This document shows, piece by piece, positions 1 to 14,330 of a DNA stretch of 64,000 nt (positions within the stretch are counted from its first letter, which is position 1; every line of letters starts with the position of its first letter). The translations under genes were made by a program, and so were the position numbers. The stretch is from an uncultured Planctomycetaceae bacterium (GTDB lineage Bacteria > Planctomycetota > Planctomycetia > Planctomycetales > Planctomycetaceae), in assembly GCA_963815195.1 (NCBI GenBank), contig CAWFGE010000014.1:32001-96000 (forward strand), given 5' to 3'. The notes below the pieces were generated by a model. That model saw only the letters and a program-made list of their open reading frames with translations. It was not told the DNA's origin and did not search any database.

Positions 1-3000
1 GAGGAGCCCGCCAGAACTTCATGGCATGTCGTGTCGCCGAAAGCACCGCGTCGTGTGTGTCCCTAAACTGCTTCAGAATCTGAGCGTCCGTGTAATTGGC
101 CGTGGCGGGTTCGAGATGATCCCATGAGTGATTACCCAGCGCGTGTCCCTGTTCCAAGATTTTCTTCGTGGCTGCCGGACTGTTTTGAACTTCCTGCCCA
201 AGATTGAAGAACGCACCGACAATACCTCGCGTTTTCAGCTCCGCCAGAATCGCGTCCAAAGCCGACGCGACAGGTTCCGGACCGTCATCAACGGTGATTT
301 GCAGTTTTGCCATGGTGTTCTTTCGTCAGCGAGTATCTGCGAATGGGAATTGAGATTGCCTGCCTCAGGCATCATGTCATCATGTAACAGTCGAAGCCGC
401 GATCTCCTGATGCGTTTCGACCGTGGCCCCGTCGTCAAATACTTTGACCATGTGCAACTCTGCAGACGCGTCGGTCGTGAACGGATCGGACAGCGCCACC
501 GTTTCCACATCAGCAGCATCAAAGCGAAGCCACGGTTGTTCCCCTTCCGTCGAGTGCAGTTTGACGTTGAGGCCGTTTGATGAAGCAGCCGGACCATCGA
601 TGAGCGTCAACTCCCGGACCTTCCCAAGTATGCCGGAAAATGAGTCTTCCTTTGAACGCAGGACAGCATGTACGCGCGGAGATTGCGGCTGGTACGGCAC
701 ATCGCGGGTCGTCAGCTCTTCCCCAGCCGCCAGAAGTTTCGGGGCCTTCTTGTAGACATCATCCGTGATCGTGTCGGCATCTTTCCACCAGGCCAGATTG
801 AGACGCGTTTCCGCTGGGGCCAGTCTGTTCAATATCGTTGGTGGAGTCGGTCCTGAATCGTTGGCCGGGCGAGTCAACCGCCAGATTTTATAGTCTCCTG
901 ACTCGGTAACGTCTCCGAAGATCTCGTCCGCAGGCCATGCTTTGTACTCGGGTCCGGATTCACCTAGCACAATTTCAACGAGTTTCGGCTTCACTTTCGT
1001 CCCGTCTCCATTGTTCAAGTCTCGCTCCGCCCAAAGGTCCGTGATGCGAGTCACGATGAAAACGTCGAACGCCTCAACCGATCGTTTTTCAGCAACCGCC
1101 TTCAGTGGCATCGGTAGCTGGCTATCGATCTCAGTAATCTGCTCGCCGAGGCGGACAAACCAACGCAAACATTTGTCCGGTTCCTGGATGGTGTACTCCT
1201 CGGCCCCATCGACCTTGACGATGGCTAGTGAGTCCGAGAAACCGGACTTCTCCATCGGAACAATACTCAGCGTTTCCGTCCAGGCGATCCTGGCTGTCAT
1301 TCTGCCGTCTGCTCGCTCGAACTTCGTTCCCCGAACAAGATCAAAATCAATATGCAAACTCGATCGCGGTGGCGGGGCGAAACGCTGCGGGTCGCGACGC
1401 AGGTAGGTCGTCGGAAGTGCGGAATGCATCATGTCGCTGTCAGTCGCGGGGGCGGTACCGACACACTGCACGATCTGATGGAACGCGGCGCCTGGTTTAT
1501 CCACTCCGAATCCCAGTTCAAACGATTGTGGAACGAACGCTGCCCCGTTTGCTTGCGCGGAAGCCGCCACTAATGGTCTGGCGGGCGTCTCCGCACCTCG
1601 CAACGCCGGCAGTTCCGCAATGCGAATGGCTGGTAATGTTTTCTCGTTCGAATTGTCGTTCGACTGCTGCGACAACATCGGCATACGTTCGAAGCCTCTC
1701 AGGGCCGAACGCTCGTGCGAAAAATAAGCCGGGAAGAAGCGAGGCGACCCGTGCGTCTTCATCCCGTACACGACCGCCGGCGTAGCAATCGGGGGTCGCT
1801 GTCCTCCAACTTCTCATCCTCTGTTGCCGGTGCCTGCTGTTCCTGTCGTTTTGCCGCGAGGGGAACCAGGCTGTGGTACGGCGAATTGACGAAGCGGTAA
1901 CTGACGCGTCCGCGAGCGTCTCGCGTTCGAGCTAGCAGGACTCCGGACAGTCCCGCACGAAGAGCATGCGTCTGAATGCGGACATCGTCGAACAGCATCG
2001 TCACTTCGGACTGAGCCGCTCCGCTGCTTCGCAGAATGGTGCTGGTGAGCACGTTGCGAACGGTCGGAGTGGCCATTTCACCATCGGAGGACTGGCTGTT
2101 CGGCTCGCCAAACAAGATGGAACCGTCACGATGAATGGTCAGAACACTCTCAGTCAGCAGCCGCGACCAGTCCAGTGCGCGACCCTGTGGACGGACCAGA
2201 AGATTGAGCGTGAGAGCCGTAATTCCGCGGCGTTCTGGCCAGCGGGGCCAACAGCCAGAGTTTATCTTCGGCTGCGTCGGCAAAGTCGTCTATCGGCGTC
2301 GACGGGGATCAATCTCAGGACGTTGTCTTTGAGTTCCACCTTGCCGGCGAGTCGAGCGATTCGACCTGGCAAGACAGATTGATTGTCCGGCGGCAATTGA
2401 TCGGTGAGCGGAAACCGCCAGTCGAACGTGCTGCCTTCTTTGATTGAGACACTTCCATTGGCAATCACCAGATGCACCAAGGCCGATGTGATTTTCTCTT
2501 CTTTCTTGTCGTCGATTTCCTTATCGACGATCGGCACTGTCTTGCCGTCAGGCGTCATTTCAGCGGGATTCGACAGAATGACGTCGAGTTCCATTTTTGT
2601 GACGTTTACGTCCTGACCGCCCGTGACAGCAGCGATCGGTTGGTCCAATACAACTTTGGTAAACTGAACCAGTTCGATCGGCAGGCCAAACAGACGAGCC
2701 ACCTTGCTTTCGTCGTCTCCCTTGCCGCAAATCCCGTAAACGCCGTGCCGATACTGGCGGTGGTGCCTATCAAACGGGACTGGCTTCCAGGCATTCGTCC
2801 CATCCGCCGGCGTCAATGGCAGGTCCTGGCACAGGAACCGAACATTCTCTGCGACGCCTACCGGCTCCCCGACCGTTGACAGCATCAGAACGAGTTCCCG
2901 ACCGTTACCGTCATCCTTTGGCACACTGATCACTTCCGCCCAATAACGCGTGCCAGACTGATTCGTGCTCGTTTGACGCGTCACTCCAAGCACGTCGAGA

Positions 3001-6000
3001 TATTTCTTTGAAGTTTGCGTGTGCCGAAACTTCTCCTGGCCGGATTCAGGATCCCAAACTCGAACCGTCCCATCGGCACCGCCCGTGACGACCCACGCAC
3101 CGAACCTGGCTTCGGGCGAACTCATCATCGTGTCAGCCTGACGTCCGGGGACGAGCACAGCCGAAAGCAATTCGCCTTCGTGATCGCCAAATCGGATTTC
3201 TTCAGCGATCTGAGGTCGGAGAAATGGGAGTTGATCACCGACCCCTTCCGTTTCAACCCACGTCTCAACTGGCCAAAGCAACACATCTGACTGACCGACT
3301 TCATTGGCTCGTGTCGTTGCAAGGATCCATCTAGCCTCCGGATTGACTTCGCCGAGGTCATCGTCGTCCTTGAGAATCGGATCCGTCTTCAGATTCTGAA
3401 CAATATTCGGCAGGGCCAGTAAGCTCTTCTCACCGCGAGATTGACCCTTGAATTCGTTCAATGACGCAAGTTCGCTAGAGGAAACGACCGGTGCCAAGTT
3501 CCACGTCACGGTTCTTGTGGATTTCCCGTCCGATCGTTCCCAGACGGCGTACACCGAGGCGTTCGTCTTCGGGTCCGCGCTTCGCGTGATGGTCTGTAGA
3601 ATCACTGCGGGCAGTTTGTCTCCGCTCTCGAAATCCTGAACCGTCAGTATTGCACTGGGTTGGATGGTTTGGACAGAGGCTGGAACGGTAATCTTGCTGG
3701 GCCAGTGGAACAACCTGACCTTCCCATCATCTGATGCGGTCGCAACGGTCAGGTTCTTAGCATTGGACGAAGCTCGGACATCAAGGCCGGAAACCTTGCC
3801 AGCCGCGCTTTGTGCAATTGGAGAAGGCTTCTGATTGTCATCAATGTCGTAGACAAAGAACGTTGCGCCGGTTCCGGCGGTGCCGAGGAATATACGCTGT
3901 GCCGCGATCCTTGCAGCCGTTATCGGAGCCGACAAAGTGACTCCGTCCTGTGGGTCAGCGAATTGCAACGGCGAGTCATTCGGGCCTGCCGAAATCTTGA
4001 GCGTAATGTGTCTGAACTGAAAGGACGCGGACTGAATAATCACAAGCCGGATTCGTTCACGATCTGCGTCTACCTCAAGGAAATCGATGCGTCCGTTCTG
4101 CAGCGTGATTTCCGTAATTTCCTTCGCCAAAACCATTGACAATGGTTCCCAGGCGAAGAGCTTTGGTTTGGCCTGTGGAGTCGGAGGATCAACGGCGAAG
4201 AAAACCCACATGCGACCTTTGAGCCAGCCGGCGGCGACGGCCGTGACGGGAGTGCGTTGTTCGAGCAGAGGGATGTCCGAACTGCCTGCTCGGCGTGCCC
4301 CGTTCTTGCCGTCCGGGTGAACGTGAACAGTCGGCTGACCGTCGGTGTCGTCCGCCGTCCAGCGCAGCCAGGCTTTCAGCCAGTCGCCTGGAAGCCGCTG
4401 CCATTCACCTTCGCCTGGACCTATGCCCGGTACCGCGGAGCCACCCGCGGTTGCGGACAACTGAAAGGTGTCATCGGAAGTGGTCGTCACGTAGTAAGTT
4501 GTGTTCGGTGCAACGCCGACGGGAAATGTGCCGGTCGGCAGCAACTGAATGGGAGTCCCATTAGTCAGACCATGAGCCGTGCTTGTGAAAATGCCATCGC
4601 TGGCGACGGTGAACGGTCGCGGCGAAGGATTCAAAGTGAGGGATTGCGGCTTCAAATCGTCGGTTGCACCATTCCACTCGAATTGGAGTGCCCCGGGTGA
4701 ATCGGCCTTACGTTTGATCTGCGGAGTAATCGGCGTGTCTGCTTCTTTGTATGCCACTCCGGACAGCCAGTTGGCAACCGGCTTTGTGTCATCGCCGCTG
4801 AGTTTCAGAGCCTCCAATGTCGCGTTCGAAAATCGGTCGCGAACAGCTTTTTCCCTGGCGAGTCGCAGTTCTTCATGGCGAAAGTCACGAATGCCACCTT
4901 CACCGCCGTCGGGATCCACCAGCGGCGGGAGTGCTCCGGGTTCGGCATCCTTCCGATCAGGCGTGCTGCGAGCCCAGTCGAATGCTTCCAGCAGAGCGTT
5001 GTGATGCAGCGGCTGTACTTCGTGTGCTGCGAAATTCATCCTGCTTGACACTCACAAGGCTCCACGGGTGCAGGGCGGCGACCATTTCTTCTGAGGGGAG
5101 AAACAGGTCGCCCGTTTTACTGACCGTGATCATTCCCAATTTGTGTTGGTCTGAACCGGGTGTCAGCGTGATGTTCTGTTTCAGATGAACGGCCACCAGA
5201 CCGGATTCGTAATTGCGGACGCGGTCGGGCGGCGGCGGATCGTTGGGGTTTGTGGAGGCTGCCGGCGTCAGGTTGCCACCGACGCGGGGGACCAGATCGA
5301 TACCCGCAACCGGACCGGGGACATACGCAATAACAACATCGTTTGCACCACGGAATGACGAGAGCGTAATGCTGCTTTTGTCTTCCGTCTGAGCTGCCTG
5401 AAGTGCGTACACCTGAGTCACTTCGCTGTCGGACAGTTCACGATCATTGGCCAGCAGAATGCGTGTGTCTGCGTGCAGTCCTGCAAACCGGTCGGCCTGA
5501 TTGGGAAGCGATGCGGGATCGTTGAGTACTTTCTGGAGCGCCATGGATCTTCGGCGATGCCGCTTCTATGCGTGCGTCTTTCATCGTGAGCGTCACGCTC
5601 CGTGCGTTGCTGTTCGCTGCGTCGACCGGGTTCAAAGCCAGCCAGATGCGTCCGTTTGACATGCCGGAATCGGGCAGCAGGCTGAGATCGATCCTCCAGT
5701 CTTCACTGGCGCCTTCGTCCTCGCCCTTGAGCTTGTCCAGCCGAATGGAACGGCTGAGCCCTGCATCGTAGTCCGCCTGGCGGGAGACGGCAGTTTCGCG
5801 TACCGGCAACGAATCCAGTCGGTACCGCAGCCAGACGCCCGGCTCCGTTTTCTTGTTGTTGGAATCATCCTTCTCAACCTCAAGCCGCGTTCGCTGCCAC
5901 AGGTACGGCAGGTTGGCTCCGGCACCCGGCACTTCGCCGGTTGAGACAAGTTGGGACTTGCTGGTCAGTTTCTTCAACGCCGGCAGCACGACTTTGTCAG

Positions 6001-6970
6001 CACTGGGCGGATTGTCATCCCACGACCACTCGAACGAGGTCTGTTCGTCTCTCTGGTCGTCTGGCGGATCTTCGAACGCATCGACTGCATCGGTGTAGAC
6101 GAAATCAGCCTTTTCGACGGCGGGATCACCCTTGATCACCAGTGACCTTGGAGCCCAGTCCGCGCCACCGAGTGACAGGGCCCAGCCCGGCGCAATTCGT
6201 TCACGAGCTGTGGCGTTCGCGGTTGTCCCATCGTGTTTGATTTGAACATGAACAAACACAGCCCCTTCGGCATCCGACCGATCGTCAAACCGATTGACGT
6301 GGGTCACGGGAGCGGCCGTTTGAGGCTCCAGCCTTTTCTTTGACGTATCCTCCACCTGCTTGAGCCGATGGTCTGGGCCTTTGTGAGCGGGTGTCGCGTC
6401 TCCTGACAATCCAGCATCGCGCCATGCGATTTGTCTCCAGACCAGCCGCGACTTCTGATCCTTCTCAGATGGGACAGACGCGCCCTTCACAAGATGAAAT
6501 CTGCGACGATTCTGATTTGCGTCAAGAGTTTCCACTTCCAGTCCCGTGGCAGTGGCGATCAGTCGATCCAGATTTCCCAGCGGGGAGTCAGCAATCCCGG
6601 GCCAGACGGCATTCAGTACGGGAGGAAGAGTCTGGAACTGGCTGACATCGACTCGGATTCCCCCCGAGACGACTTCGAACGCCACATCTCCGTTCGGCTG
6701 CTTCGGATTTCGTGCCGCAACACAGACGCGTTCCGTTCTCTGGTCAGAACTCGCGGGAACGGCAATCTCTACGCCAAGGAACTTCAGTGTGAGCGCCTTG
6801 TCGGTCCACGAAATCTCCGGTGCGGCACCTCTTCCCGCGGTCGCTTTCTGCGCGGCAGAGATCACTTTTTCGTCGATAATTCCGTCAGTGTTCCCACCTC
6901 CGTTAGTGATGGTCACACTCACGCGCAGGATCGAGGGATCCTGCTGCGAAAACAAAATCAGATCGCTCAT
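1..6970 (-). CDS. Giant hypothetical protein (>2300 aa, 3' end beyond or near the window start) with WD40-like repeats; split by several frameshifts
   Basis: Consecutive overlapping minus-strand ORFs 5444-6970, 4957-5544, 2262-5051, 1759-2283 and 380-1771 join by single-base shifts. WD-like motifs VATASDDGKVRLF and VVTGGADGTVRVWDPESG are present, plus a small beta-rich module (TAHGLTNG...PNTTYYV...TFQLSAT). Confidence 0.6.
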
Positions 6971-6980
6971 GATGCAAGTC

Positions 6981-9900
6981 CTACTGAGATTGTGTATCGA
7001 AGATTTTGAACTTCACGGGCCGTGTCCGGTAACCATCACGCTGCATCTGCAGCCAGGGTAATCCCGGGTTCTTGGTGTCCAACGGGTTTCTGAAGATGGC
7101 TGCGGGCGTTGGATTTTCGCCTTCCGAAACCGTCACCTTGACATCAAACATCACCACGTAAACGGGGCGTGCATCCTGAGACGGCCACCAGAGTTTGATC
7201 GCAGTTTTGTCGACGACCTTGACCTTATCGCCATTTCGATTCTGGATGAGAATTGGGTTCGCGGGAACGGGGTCCCCTGAGTACTGCGGACTGCCGGGCA
7301 AGAGCAGTTCAACGAGTTCCGCGTAGACTGGCTCGGCGTCGGTTGAATCGGGAAGTTCCCACAGGATTTGATAAGTGCAATTCAGGTCTGGCAATTCGGC
7401 CGCGGACAAGTGTCGAATTCCAGACAGAACCGCGGTCTTGTCTGGATCGACCATTCCCAGATCCGTCTGAATTTCTTTCGGCGTGAGCAAATCACCCTGA
7501 CAACTAAGGAACAGTCGGAAGGAATAGGCAATCACTTCCTCTGACTCGACTATTGCAGTGAGTTGGGGCTTGAAAAGCGAAAGGACTGACGGTTTGCGTT
7601 GTGCATAGGATGTGTCACTCGTTTCGGATTCCGTGTCTGAGGTCGACTTGTCGGATATTTCAGTGCCGTCGAATCGCGGTGCGATCGAGACTTTGTATTT
7701 CCGGTAGTACGGCAGTTCGGGAAGACTGACCAGCCGCTCGTGGCGAAACAGAGTCGGGATACCCGATTCAACGCGCGCGACCGGCGTACGCGACGGTGGT
7801 GTCACTCCCGCAAGAATCAGCACCGGCGGTTTGCCATTGAGGTCAATGTCGGCATTCAGAGTAAGCGTCTGATCGTGCGCTCTGTAATCTTCAATGAGCC
7901 TTGCATGGCTGGGCTTTTGCGAACTGTCCAGGGCGAGTAGCAACTGTCCCTTGTAGAAGTGTCCTGCTTCGCTCAATGGAGTAGAATCGCCTTGCGGTTC
8001 TAAGTGAAACTGCCGTTGATCCGCAGCTCCTACACGCGCTATTCTCCCCGCGAAACCGTTCTTCGCGATCAGTGTTGTGGTTGGGTTCTTCAGACCGCCG
8101 ACGATCTTATTCTCCGGGATTTCAAAGCCCGCCAAAGCGTCTGTACCAAGAAAGTTCAAGTTGCCATTTTCGCTACTCGCCACCGGAACGAATACGGCAA
8201 GTGCGACGTGCGTGCGATTCTTGTCGAATACAACAAGTGTGTCGCCGCTCGCCAAGCCGGTTGCGGGGACTGTCCATTGATTTGGAGATTCGCTCGTGAT
8301 CTTGATCTGCATCAACGAATCAAATCCGGTGATACCCGCAATCATGCCAGCCGGGCCGTCAATCCTCGTGTGGGAAAACTGCGCCGTAACGCCTTGATAG
8401 CCCGTACGTCTGGCGGACAGGCCGGAGACGGTGGCGCGGGCACCGGACGTTGGCAGGGAGTAAATGAACTCAATCCGTGTCGGATGCGGGCTGATCTGCG
8501 AGAATGGTGCTGAGCAGTGTGGCACGCGCGTTTTTGAGACGTCTTGCGGCTCGTGGGGCGGCGTCTTCGAGGCGGCCCTGAGTGACAGACTCGCTGACTG
8601 ACCTGGTCGTACCGCAGCAGGCGACCGATGTCGCCGCGACGGCTGACGCCGCTGAATCCTTCAGACACAAGTTCCTGAACCGGACGATACCGGTAAGGGT
8701 AAACGCCATCGGGTCGCGTCATCTGATCGGTGAGTGTCCAGTACACGCGGGCAGACGATTCGGGACGCGGGTCGCTGACAATTTCAGCATCCGTCAGTGG
8801 TACGCCCGGATCTTCCTGTTCGTCCCAGGCTTGCTTTTCATTGGTTTCGGATTCCGCCTTCGCCGCTGTGTTCAGGAACGCGGATTCAATTTGCGTCAGC
8901 CTCATCACCAGATCAACCAGCGTTTGATCGTCTTTGTCGCCAGGGAGCGAGTCGAAATTCCCACGATCCCAGGGCATGGCCAGATCAACGACTTTCTTGA
9001 GCTGCCCGCCTGAAGAATCCTTGAACGGCAACACCATCCGCATCACGGCATTTCGGAACGGCGAGAGATGTTGCTTCTCGAGTTTGCTGGCAATGCCCGC
9101 GTTGTCCGTGTTGTTATCATCGGGGGCAGCCGACGTGTCGCGTGGCAGGTTCGCGTATTGGCTCATGCCGGTTGCATACGGCGTGTACCACCAACTCGGG
9201 TACTCGGGCGACGGAACCAGCAGGTGATACACTTTGTCGCCGCTGACGCTCTTGTAGTAATACCATGTCTCAACAGGCGGCAATTCTTTTGTGGTGTTGG
9301 CCGGCAGCGTTTGCACCGGGGCTCGTGGCAGACCGCGAAGCCGATTGATCTGGTCTTCCACAGCGGCGATACGGCGTCGAACGTTGGTCGCGACTTCCGG
9401 CCGGTAGTCGAACCGCGGTGCGATCCGCAGGTCGTGTCCGCAGACCGACGTCGAGATGGCCATCGTGCCGGAAAAGCCGATGCCGCCGGATTCGTCGAAT
9501 GCCAGGATGCCTTCCAGAACCAGATCCAGCGACGATTCCGGCAGGTGGTATTCCTCAATGGAGAAGACCGGGTAAACCAGTTTGATGCGGACGGTCACAG
9601 TCTCGGTGATGTCACGTGTTTTCCATTTGCACTTCCAGCGTTTGCATTTCAGGTAGGGAATGCTGACAGTGATGCTGAATGTTTCTTCGTATTCGATGGT
9701 CTCGAACGCGACGGTGGGAATATTCACGAATGCGGAGACTCGGAATGACAGCCCGGCTCGGATGGCTCCGTACGCTGCCAGACCACGGGACGAAACGAGA
9801 CCGCCGAAGTCGGCATCCAGCCCAAAATTCCCGCGGAAGGCAAAGCCGCCGATGCCGCCCTGCAGTTTCTTCTCAGGCAGTTCACCGCGAAGTCCCAGCG

Positions 9901-12900
9901 TGGCTCGCATCAGGGCTCCGAATCGACCGATCGCGATGCGATAACTTGCCATCACGGCAATGTTGATACCGAACAACTGATCGCGGTACGACAGACTCTT
10001 CCAGGTAGAAGTCCGCCAGTTCGGACGACAAGTAGAATGAGAATCTTGCTCGGACGCGGCTGAGCAGATCGGAAAGCATTTGGTTGCTTTCGATCGCCGG
10101 CCTCGGCGTCGTTTGAGCGACCAGCGAGAACGTTCGCTCCCGGGCGGACAACCCTGCGGCTCCGATCAGTGCCGGACGCCGTTCGTGATCCTGCTGAGTG
10201 ATATAGCCCGGACTGGAAAACAACCACACCTGAGCCGCGGCCACAATGTCGATGTTGGTGTCAATGCTCAGCAGCAATTTGGCCACGTACGCGCAGACTA
10301 CGTTGTCCTTGCCGCGATTCGAGGCGATCATGGCTGTGGCGACGACCGATACGTAAACGCCGGCTTCCGAAACGAAGCTCCAATTGCGGGACTGTTTTGG
10401 GTCGATGTGATCCAGGTTGGCGAGAATCGCTCGCGGATCCGGCCGGTCGCCAATGCCCGCCAGTCGATTGTTCAATCCAAGCCCCAAACCAACGCGTTTG
10501 AGCACGACGCCGGAAAACAGATCGGCTTCGTACGGCAGTTCGGCAAAGATGGCGAGGTTCGGAGCGGTCTTGCCGTCTTCCTTGAGCCCCGTGCCCAGTT
10601 TCAAACTGCCGGCAACTTCCGGAAAGCCGGTCATCTGCAGTCGACCGTCGGCCCGGAAGTAGTGTTCGGTTGGCGTGTCTTCCCAGCCCACGTTGCCGGC
10701 GAAGGAAAGCTGAGTCCCAATGCGCACCTGCAGACCGAAAGAGGACGGCGTCTTGAATTTGAGCGATCGCTTGTTGAGATCGAACATCAGTTCGACCTTC
10801 CCAGCCTCGATGGCGACATCGAGATCGCCGCTGCTGGCCTGATATTCGAATCGGGCGCGTTCGATTGCGAAGCTGGCCGTTTTCGCGTCGAGATCCCAGT
10901 GCAACACGGAGTTGTAGAATTCGACGCGAAACTGCTTTTCGAGCAATTCGAATCGTGCGACCTGATCGACCGTGCTGGGTGTGCTGTTTGAGGGGCCGCC
11001 ATTGCCGTTATTCACATTCGCGGGCTCATCTCTCACCGGTCTGCCAAGTGGAATCTGGCCCGCACCATTATGGAGTCGGGTCAGGTCGAGGTCACGGAAG
11101 GGAATCGCTTGCGGCTGATCCAGTCCTTCGATCCCGCCAGTTGATCCGAGATCGCCGGTGATGGAGATGGCTCCCGTCGCCCATGCTCGGAAATCCCAGT
11201 CTGAACTATCGCTCCCTTGCTTCTTCGTCCATGTCAACTGCATCCGCAGATCGTCAAGCTGTGCCTTGAGCAGTGGAATCTGCATGCGGGCGAGCGGCTT
11301 GCGGTCTGTGCGATCGATGTCGATAACGGCCGTGACAACGGGCGGTTCGTTTGGTTTGTCACGTCTGAGACCCAGTGCGACGTCGGCTTCAAAGTTGTCC
11401 AGGCCGGGAATTTTGATCCGTCCAGCCAGATTGGCGTAGCGCACCTGGTTGTCAATGACGACCAGACCGCTGCGAAGGCCGTCACGAGTCTCGACCAATC
11501 GCATGGGAACGGAAGCACTACCTGCAACGGTGATGTTGGCTTCTTTGACGGTGTCCGCTTTGGCTGAGAAGGTCAGTCCCCGGGCACCCAGTCGCAATTG
11601 CAGCGTTTTTGATTCGTCCTTCGGTTGTTCCGGCCAGACTTCCGGTTCGAAATCTTCGAGAAGAATGCGGACGCGTTTCTTTTCGTCGTCCGATTTGACC
11701 GTGCCGTCGTCGTCCCTATTCAAGCCGCCAGGAAACAGCACCGCCAACTGCGGCCGATTGGCCTGCGAAACGGGCTGCGCATCCAGCACGACATCAAGCG
11801 ATTCGAAGTCGAGATAACCGTCGTGATGCTCCTCACTCGGCAGGCGTTTCTTGGGATCCTTCAGGATACTCGTGAGGTCCGCAACGGTCCGAATGGGTAG
11901 TGTCATGGCGAACGCTGTGAGGTCCAGCATTTGTGGACGGTCAGTCGCTCCGGCACCCGCCGCGACGTAGAAATAAGCCCGGTTGCTGCTGAGCCGTCCT
12001 TTCCACAGATTGATGTGCAGAACGACCAAAAAGACGAGATCGGGCTTGCTCGCGTCTTTCTCTTTGCTCACCTTCAATGCGACGGGCAGCGGATAGTCTT
12101 CGGTATTGAATGCGTCGAGTTCTTTGATGACGTCAACCAGATCGGTGCCGTGGTTCAAAGCTGACTTAACCTGACTAAGACTGAAGTACAATGCTTCGCC
12201 AGCTTGCCCGGCGAGTTCCTGCAATGGAGCAAAGAAGCTGCTTAGGTCCGTGTCTTTGACATTGGTGTCTTCCTGAAAGACCGCGAGAACCTTCTTGCCA
12301 ATCTCTTCAGCAAGTTGCCCGGCCTCTGCCAACCCGGCGACCGTCCGTTTGACAGACCACAGCAGCGGGGCGATGTCGAGAGTGCCCTTCGGTCGCTTGA
12401 TTTTGACTGTGTATTTGAGTGGAGTGAGATTCTCCGCTGACGAGGGGACCAGTTTGGCCAGGGCGTTCGTTGCCGAATCGCCGATTGCGGCCTGAACCAA
12501 GGGAAGTACAAACGTTGCGGTTCCCAAGTCCTCATTGTCGCCCGGATCCGCCGCGATCCCGATGTGGTCATCGTGCAGCCGAATTCGAAATTGTTCCCAC
12601 TCAAACGTGACCTTCGATTCAGGTATGCCGCTTACCAGTGGTTTGTGGTCGTATGAACTCTTCGGAATGACAATCTCAAAGCCGATCTTACGGGCACCTC
12701 CGGCTCCGTCCTCGAGAACGAGTGCTGTATTCAGTGCTGAATCGTTGTCGAGCGGGATGTGCATCGGACCCGAATCGGGAACTAGCGTCGAAAGATCCTT
12801 TCCATTGACCTTGAGCTTCTTGTCGTCCGTGCTGTAGCTCAGCGTGATCGTCTTGCCGATTCTGAATGGTGTCTTGAAACCGACCTTGGTGAGGTCGATG

Positions 12901-13316
12901 TTCTTCACTGTGATCGCAATCGCGACTGAGGAAGACGGCACATTAGTATCTGCCGTGATCGTTGCCTCGACTTTTTCAACGTTTACCACGCCGCCGACTG
13001 AAGAACTGGTGGTGGTCGACAACGTGACGGACGCCGTGGACTTATGCGTCAGGAAATGGTGCGAAGCTTGTAGTGTTGCCAGATCAACGGTCGCGCCACC
13101 GGCTGGAGTGAGTGACATGTCTTCAAAACGCAGCACACGCCATCCGTCAGGTACTGTGGGATCTGCGTCCGCATTTGCACCCAAAAGCGAAAGCAATTTG
13201 TTCAGTACCGGGTTCTCTGCCTCAGCCCGAACAAGCAGAGCTCGGTGTGAAGGTGTTGGGCGAAGCTTGCGCATCCCAGCCAAGCAAGGCCACGACCGTC
13301 CATTTGTCGGTGCCAT
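6981..13316 (-). CDS. Giant beta-rich protein (~2100 aa), DUF6603-like central region; frameshifted
   Basis: ORFs 9882-13316, 8342-9976 and 6981-8525 overlap and join. Strong RBS (AAGGAGGGAG) before ATG 13316. Segment LAIFAEL...GVVLKRVGLGLGLNNRL resembles the DUF6603 'LFIFA...GLAAGFGYNR' pattern (by eye). Confidence 0.55.
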
Positions 13317-13497
13317 TGCTGAGGTCTCCCTCCTTCAGCTTGCCCGTGGTGGAATCAACGACGCTGTTCTCACCGAACCAGATATACGGAATTGGCATGG
13401 TACTGTCTCAACAGATGCAATGGGCCACAAACGGTGGGGGCGTTCAATGTTGATCAATCTCGCAGTGAGTTGCCGGGGCACACTTCCGTTGCGAACC

Positions 13498-14202
13498 TCA
13501 GGGCGATTTCCAGTCCGGCGGGCGTGCACCGTAGTCAGCATCGCCCGGTCGCACGTAATACTCCGGTGCATGCTGCAGCCACGCGCGATCGGCTGACGAA
13601 AACCGAAATTCAATCGAGTCCGGATATTGCTCCGCCGGACGCAGGTACTGATTGGGCACCATCAGTGTGTTCACCGCGTCCCGAGAATACGGCTCTCCCG
13701 CTTCACCTGGATGCCGAAGATTGAACACGTGCCCCAGCTCATGAGCCACCGTCCGCAGATAGGTGCGGTCATCATCCTGCACCCGCCGCCACGCAATGGC
13801 ACACCCCTGTCGCGGCTTCGTCCCGGAATCGCTGGCCGTTACATCGAACATCAGTCCCAGCGGACGACTGAATCGACCGTTGGTGACCGTGAGGATCTCC
13901 GGTACGATCAGCATGCAGGCGATCCACTCGGTAGCGTCGATACTGCCATGTTTCGTCAGTGTCGAAACGAGTACGGAACGTAGGTCTGCGGGCTCAAAGG
14001 ACCGTCCGCCTGCGGGGGGCACAACGTCGTCCTCAAGCAAAGAGCAGTGGAGCGAAACGCCGGCTTCGGCAAAGATGTCAACAAGCCCTACCAAAGCTCC
14101 ACGGTGCGTCACGGTTCTTGGTGGCCAGGTCGTCCCAATGGCTTTGCGAACCAAGAGTGTGCAATTCCTCTGCTGCGACAATGAAGTACTAATGCCAGAC
14201 AA
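13498..14202 (-). CDS. Zinc metalloprotease (metzincin-like)
   Basis: HELGHVFNLRH zinc-binding motif (HExxHxxxxxH) followed by a Met-turn-like TLMVP. Confidence 0.75.
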   Translation of the reverse strand: MSGISTSLSQQRNCTLLVRKAIGTTWPPRTVTHRGALVGLVDIFAEAGVSLHCSLLEDDVVPPAGGRSFEPADLRSVLVSTLTKHGSIDATEWIACMLIVPEILTVTNGRFSRPLGLMFDVTASDSGTKPRQGCAIAWRRVQDDDRTYLRTVAHELGHVFNLRHPGEAGEPYSRDAVNTLMVPNQYLRPAEQYPDSIEFRFSSADRAWLQHAPEYYVRPGDADYGARPPDWKSP

Positions 14203-14330
14203 GTGTCATCCCGTCGTAAGTGTTGACATGACCTCGACTCCTTTTATTCAATGCTGTCCTTCTAATGCCATTCTACTCGCAAGTAATACTTACACAATGG
14301 TAAGTCCGAACGGTCTTGAACGCCGACTCT

